Assembly (NCBI GenBank): GCA_018240545.1
Contig: JAFEFP010000296.1
Span: 1-60,677 of the forward strand
Source of the DNA: Pseudomonadota bacterium
GTDB lineage: Bacteria; Pseudomonadota; Gammaproteobacteria; Xanthomonadales; Rhodanobacteraceae
Length of the DNA: 60,677 nt
Direction: 5' to 3'
The stretch's first letter is position 1; every line of letters starts with the position of its first letter. The position numbers were made by a program, and so were the translations under genes. Below are positions 59,066-60,677 of the stretch, piece by piece. The notes under the pieces are model-generated. The model had not been told where the DNA came from and did no database searches. It worked only from the letters and a program-made list of their open reading frames with translations.

Positions 59066-59419
59066 CTATTTTCGCGACTGGTCCGGTTTGCCGGACCGCG
59101 GCGCTGCTTCGGCGACGATCTGCTCGGCGACCGCGTAGTGGCGCACCAGTGGCTCCATGTCGAGCAGGTAGCGCTCGTCCTCGGGATAGTAGACCGACTT
59201 CTCCGGATTCTCGCCGGCAAAGGCGCGCACGGCGTCCATCGAATCCCACAGCGACACGAGCATGATCTCGCAATGCTCGCCCTGTTCGCGACGCAGCACG
59301 GTCACGCCGCGGTTGCCGGGCGTGGTGGCATAATCCTTGAGTCCCGTTTCCTGCAGGTAGGCCAGATACTCGTCGGCCTTGTCCCTGGGCGTGATACCGC
59401 GCCAGATGCGAGCGATCAT
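59066..59419 (-). CDS. ABM-like (dimeric alpha+beta barrel) small protein
   Basis: MIARIWRG..ADEYLAYL..TG...Y..TPGNRG..SLWDSMDAVRAFAG....VYYPED..YL; GGGAG RBS. Confidence 0.8.
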   Translation of the reverse strand: MIARIWRGITPRDKADEYLAYLQETGLKDYATTPGNRGVTVLRREQGEHCEIMLVSLWDSMDAVRAFAGENPEKSVYYPEDERYLLDMEPLVRHYAVAEQIVAEAAPRSGKPDQSRK

Positions 59420-59464
59420 GTGTCTCTCCCGCTGCGTCGGCCCCAGCATACTCCTGAAGTCGCC

Positions 59465-60517
59465 TCAGTCTTCCACTATCCCCGCACGCCCGCGCAGGAT
59501 CGCCGCGAGCACGTCCGGCGCGTAGGCGAAGGAATCGAAGAACAGGCGCTCTTCCGGCAGCCCGGCGGCGACGAAGGCGCGCCGGCCTGCGTCGATCAGA
59601 CGCGGCGGGCCGGCCATGTAGACGTCGAAAGCGGACACGTCCGGATGGTCTTCCAGCACGGCATCGTGGACAAGACCGCGGCGCGCGGCGTCGGCGGGGT
59701 CGCCATCCGAAACGACGGGGATGAAACGCAGGCTCGGCGCGACCGTCGCCCATATTTCCGGCAGGCTGCGCAGGTACAACTCGGGGGCGGTGCGCGCGCC
59801 CCAGTACAGCGTCATCGCGCGGCGCGTGCCCAAATGCAAGAAATGCTCGACCAGCGCCTTGACCGGCGCGAAGCCGGTGCCGCCGGCGACGAACAGCAGC
59901 GGGCGCTCGGAATCCTCGCGCGGCACGAAGGTGCCGAGCGGGCCTTCCACGTCCAGCGTCGCCCCGGGCTCCAACGCGGTGAAAACGTGGTGAGTAAAAT
60001 CGCCACCGGGCACATGGCGCACGTGCAGTTCGATCCCGCGCCCGCTGTGCGGCGCGTTGGCAATGGAAAATGCCCGACGCTTGCCGCCGGGCAGGAGCAC
60101 GTCGAGGTATTGCCCGGGCAGGCGATTGAGCGAATCGCCCGGCGGCGGCGCCAGGCGCAGGCGCATCACGTCCGGCGCGAGCGGCGTCTTCTCGACCACG
60201 GTGAGCGGCAGCGCACGCTTGGGCATGGCCGCGACCGACGGCACTTCGCGCGCGGCGATGACGAGGTCCGAGCGCGGCACGGCCTGGCACAACAACACTT
60301 GCCGATGCGCCAACTCGGTTGCATTCAGCGCATTCGGCGGGTTGTGCGGATAGTGGCAATCTCCGGATACCAGCGTCGCCTTGCAACTGCCGCAAATCCC
60401 GGACAGGCACGAATACGGCAGCGCCAAACCGGCGCGACGCGCTCCGTCGAGCACGCTCTCGTCGGCGCCGACGGCAAAGCGCTTGCCGCTGGCTTGCAGG
60501 GTCACGGTGAATTCCAC
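59465..60517 (-). CDS. 2Fe-2S / FAD / NAD(P)H oxidoreductase (CDP-6-deoxy-3,4-glucoseen reductase-like)
   Basis: CLSGICGSC..LLC, PGQY, RAFSIAN, EGPLG, AGGTGFAP, YMAGPP; probable GTG start. Confidence 0.88.
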   Translation of the reverse strand: MEFTVTLQASGKRFAVGADESVLDGARRAGLALPYSCLSGICGSCKATLVSGDCHYPHNPPNALNATELAHRQVLLCQAVPRSDLVIAAREVPSVAAMPKRALPLTVVEKTPLAPDVMRLRLAPPPGDSLNRLPGQYLDVLLPGGKRRAFSIANAPHSGRGIELHVRHVPGGDFTHHVFTALEPGATLDVEGPLGTFVPREDSERPLLFVAGGTGFAPVKALVEHFLHLGTRRAMTLYWGARTAPELYLRSLPEIWATVAPSLRFIPVVSDGDPADAARRGLVHDAVLEDHPDVSAFDVYMAGPPRLIDAGRRAFVAAGLPEERLFFDSFAYAPDVLAAILRGRAGIVED

Positions 60518-60573
60518 GCGGCGATTGTCGCCGATGTTGCTATGCTCGCGCGAATCCGTCGCGGAGCGAGGCC

Positions 60574-60677
60574 ATGCCAATCTGGAAGCAAACCGTCACC
60601 CTCGACCAGCTCAATGCGCTCGGCCACGATACGATGCTGCAAGCGCTGGGCATCGTCTTCACCGAAATCGGCGACGA
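60574..60677 (+). CDS. 5' part of a hotdog-fold thioesterase (YdiI/PaaI-like), truncated by window edge
   Basis: Not in the ORF track; my translation is MPIWKQTVTLDQLNALGHDTMLQALGIVFTEIGD, with GAGG upstream. Confidence 0.75.
   Translation, partial: MPIWKQTVTLDQLNALGHDTMLQALGIVFTEIGD

Noticed and set aside
56229-60410. 1393-aa minus-strand ORF and other very long antisense ORFs (51679-54969, 3674-6340, 6476-8569, 8804-10801)
   Set aside because: Shadow frames of well-supported genes in a high-GC genome; Arg/Ala-rich with no recognisable motifs.

Overview
GC-rich bacterial chromosome segment. Gene content and order (zapE, hrpB/tatD, comM-ubiK-glnK, aceF-lpdA with an N-terminal lipoyl domain) and the secreted proteins ending in D-x-I-F-x-x-G-F-[DE] suggest a xanthomonad of the Rhodanobacteraceae type (Dokdonella/Rudaea-like); this taxonomy is an inference. 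About 50 CDS, mostly housekeeping, transport and peptidase genes. I found no rRNA, tRNA, CRISPR array, transposase or phage gene. Most worth following up: (1) a five-part module at 51.7-59.0 kb made of a beta-propeller sensor kinase, a NarL-type regulator, a palindromic operator/promoter, a small TIMP/OB-like secreted protein and a matrixin-like metalloprotease; (2) a D-x-I-F-x-x-G-F-[DE] motif that is C-terminal in two surface proteins but internal in the protease; (3) an orphan MotA/MotB(ZorA/ZorB)-like pair with long coiled coils; (4) a sensor-less kinase paired with a receiver plus D-to-E pseudo-receiver protein; (5) at least three families of palindromic non-coding repeats, one inserted in-frame in lpdA and one showing a compensatory base-pair change. 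Family assignments come from motif recognition, not database searches.
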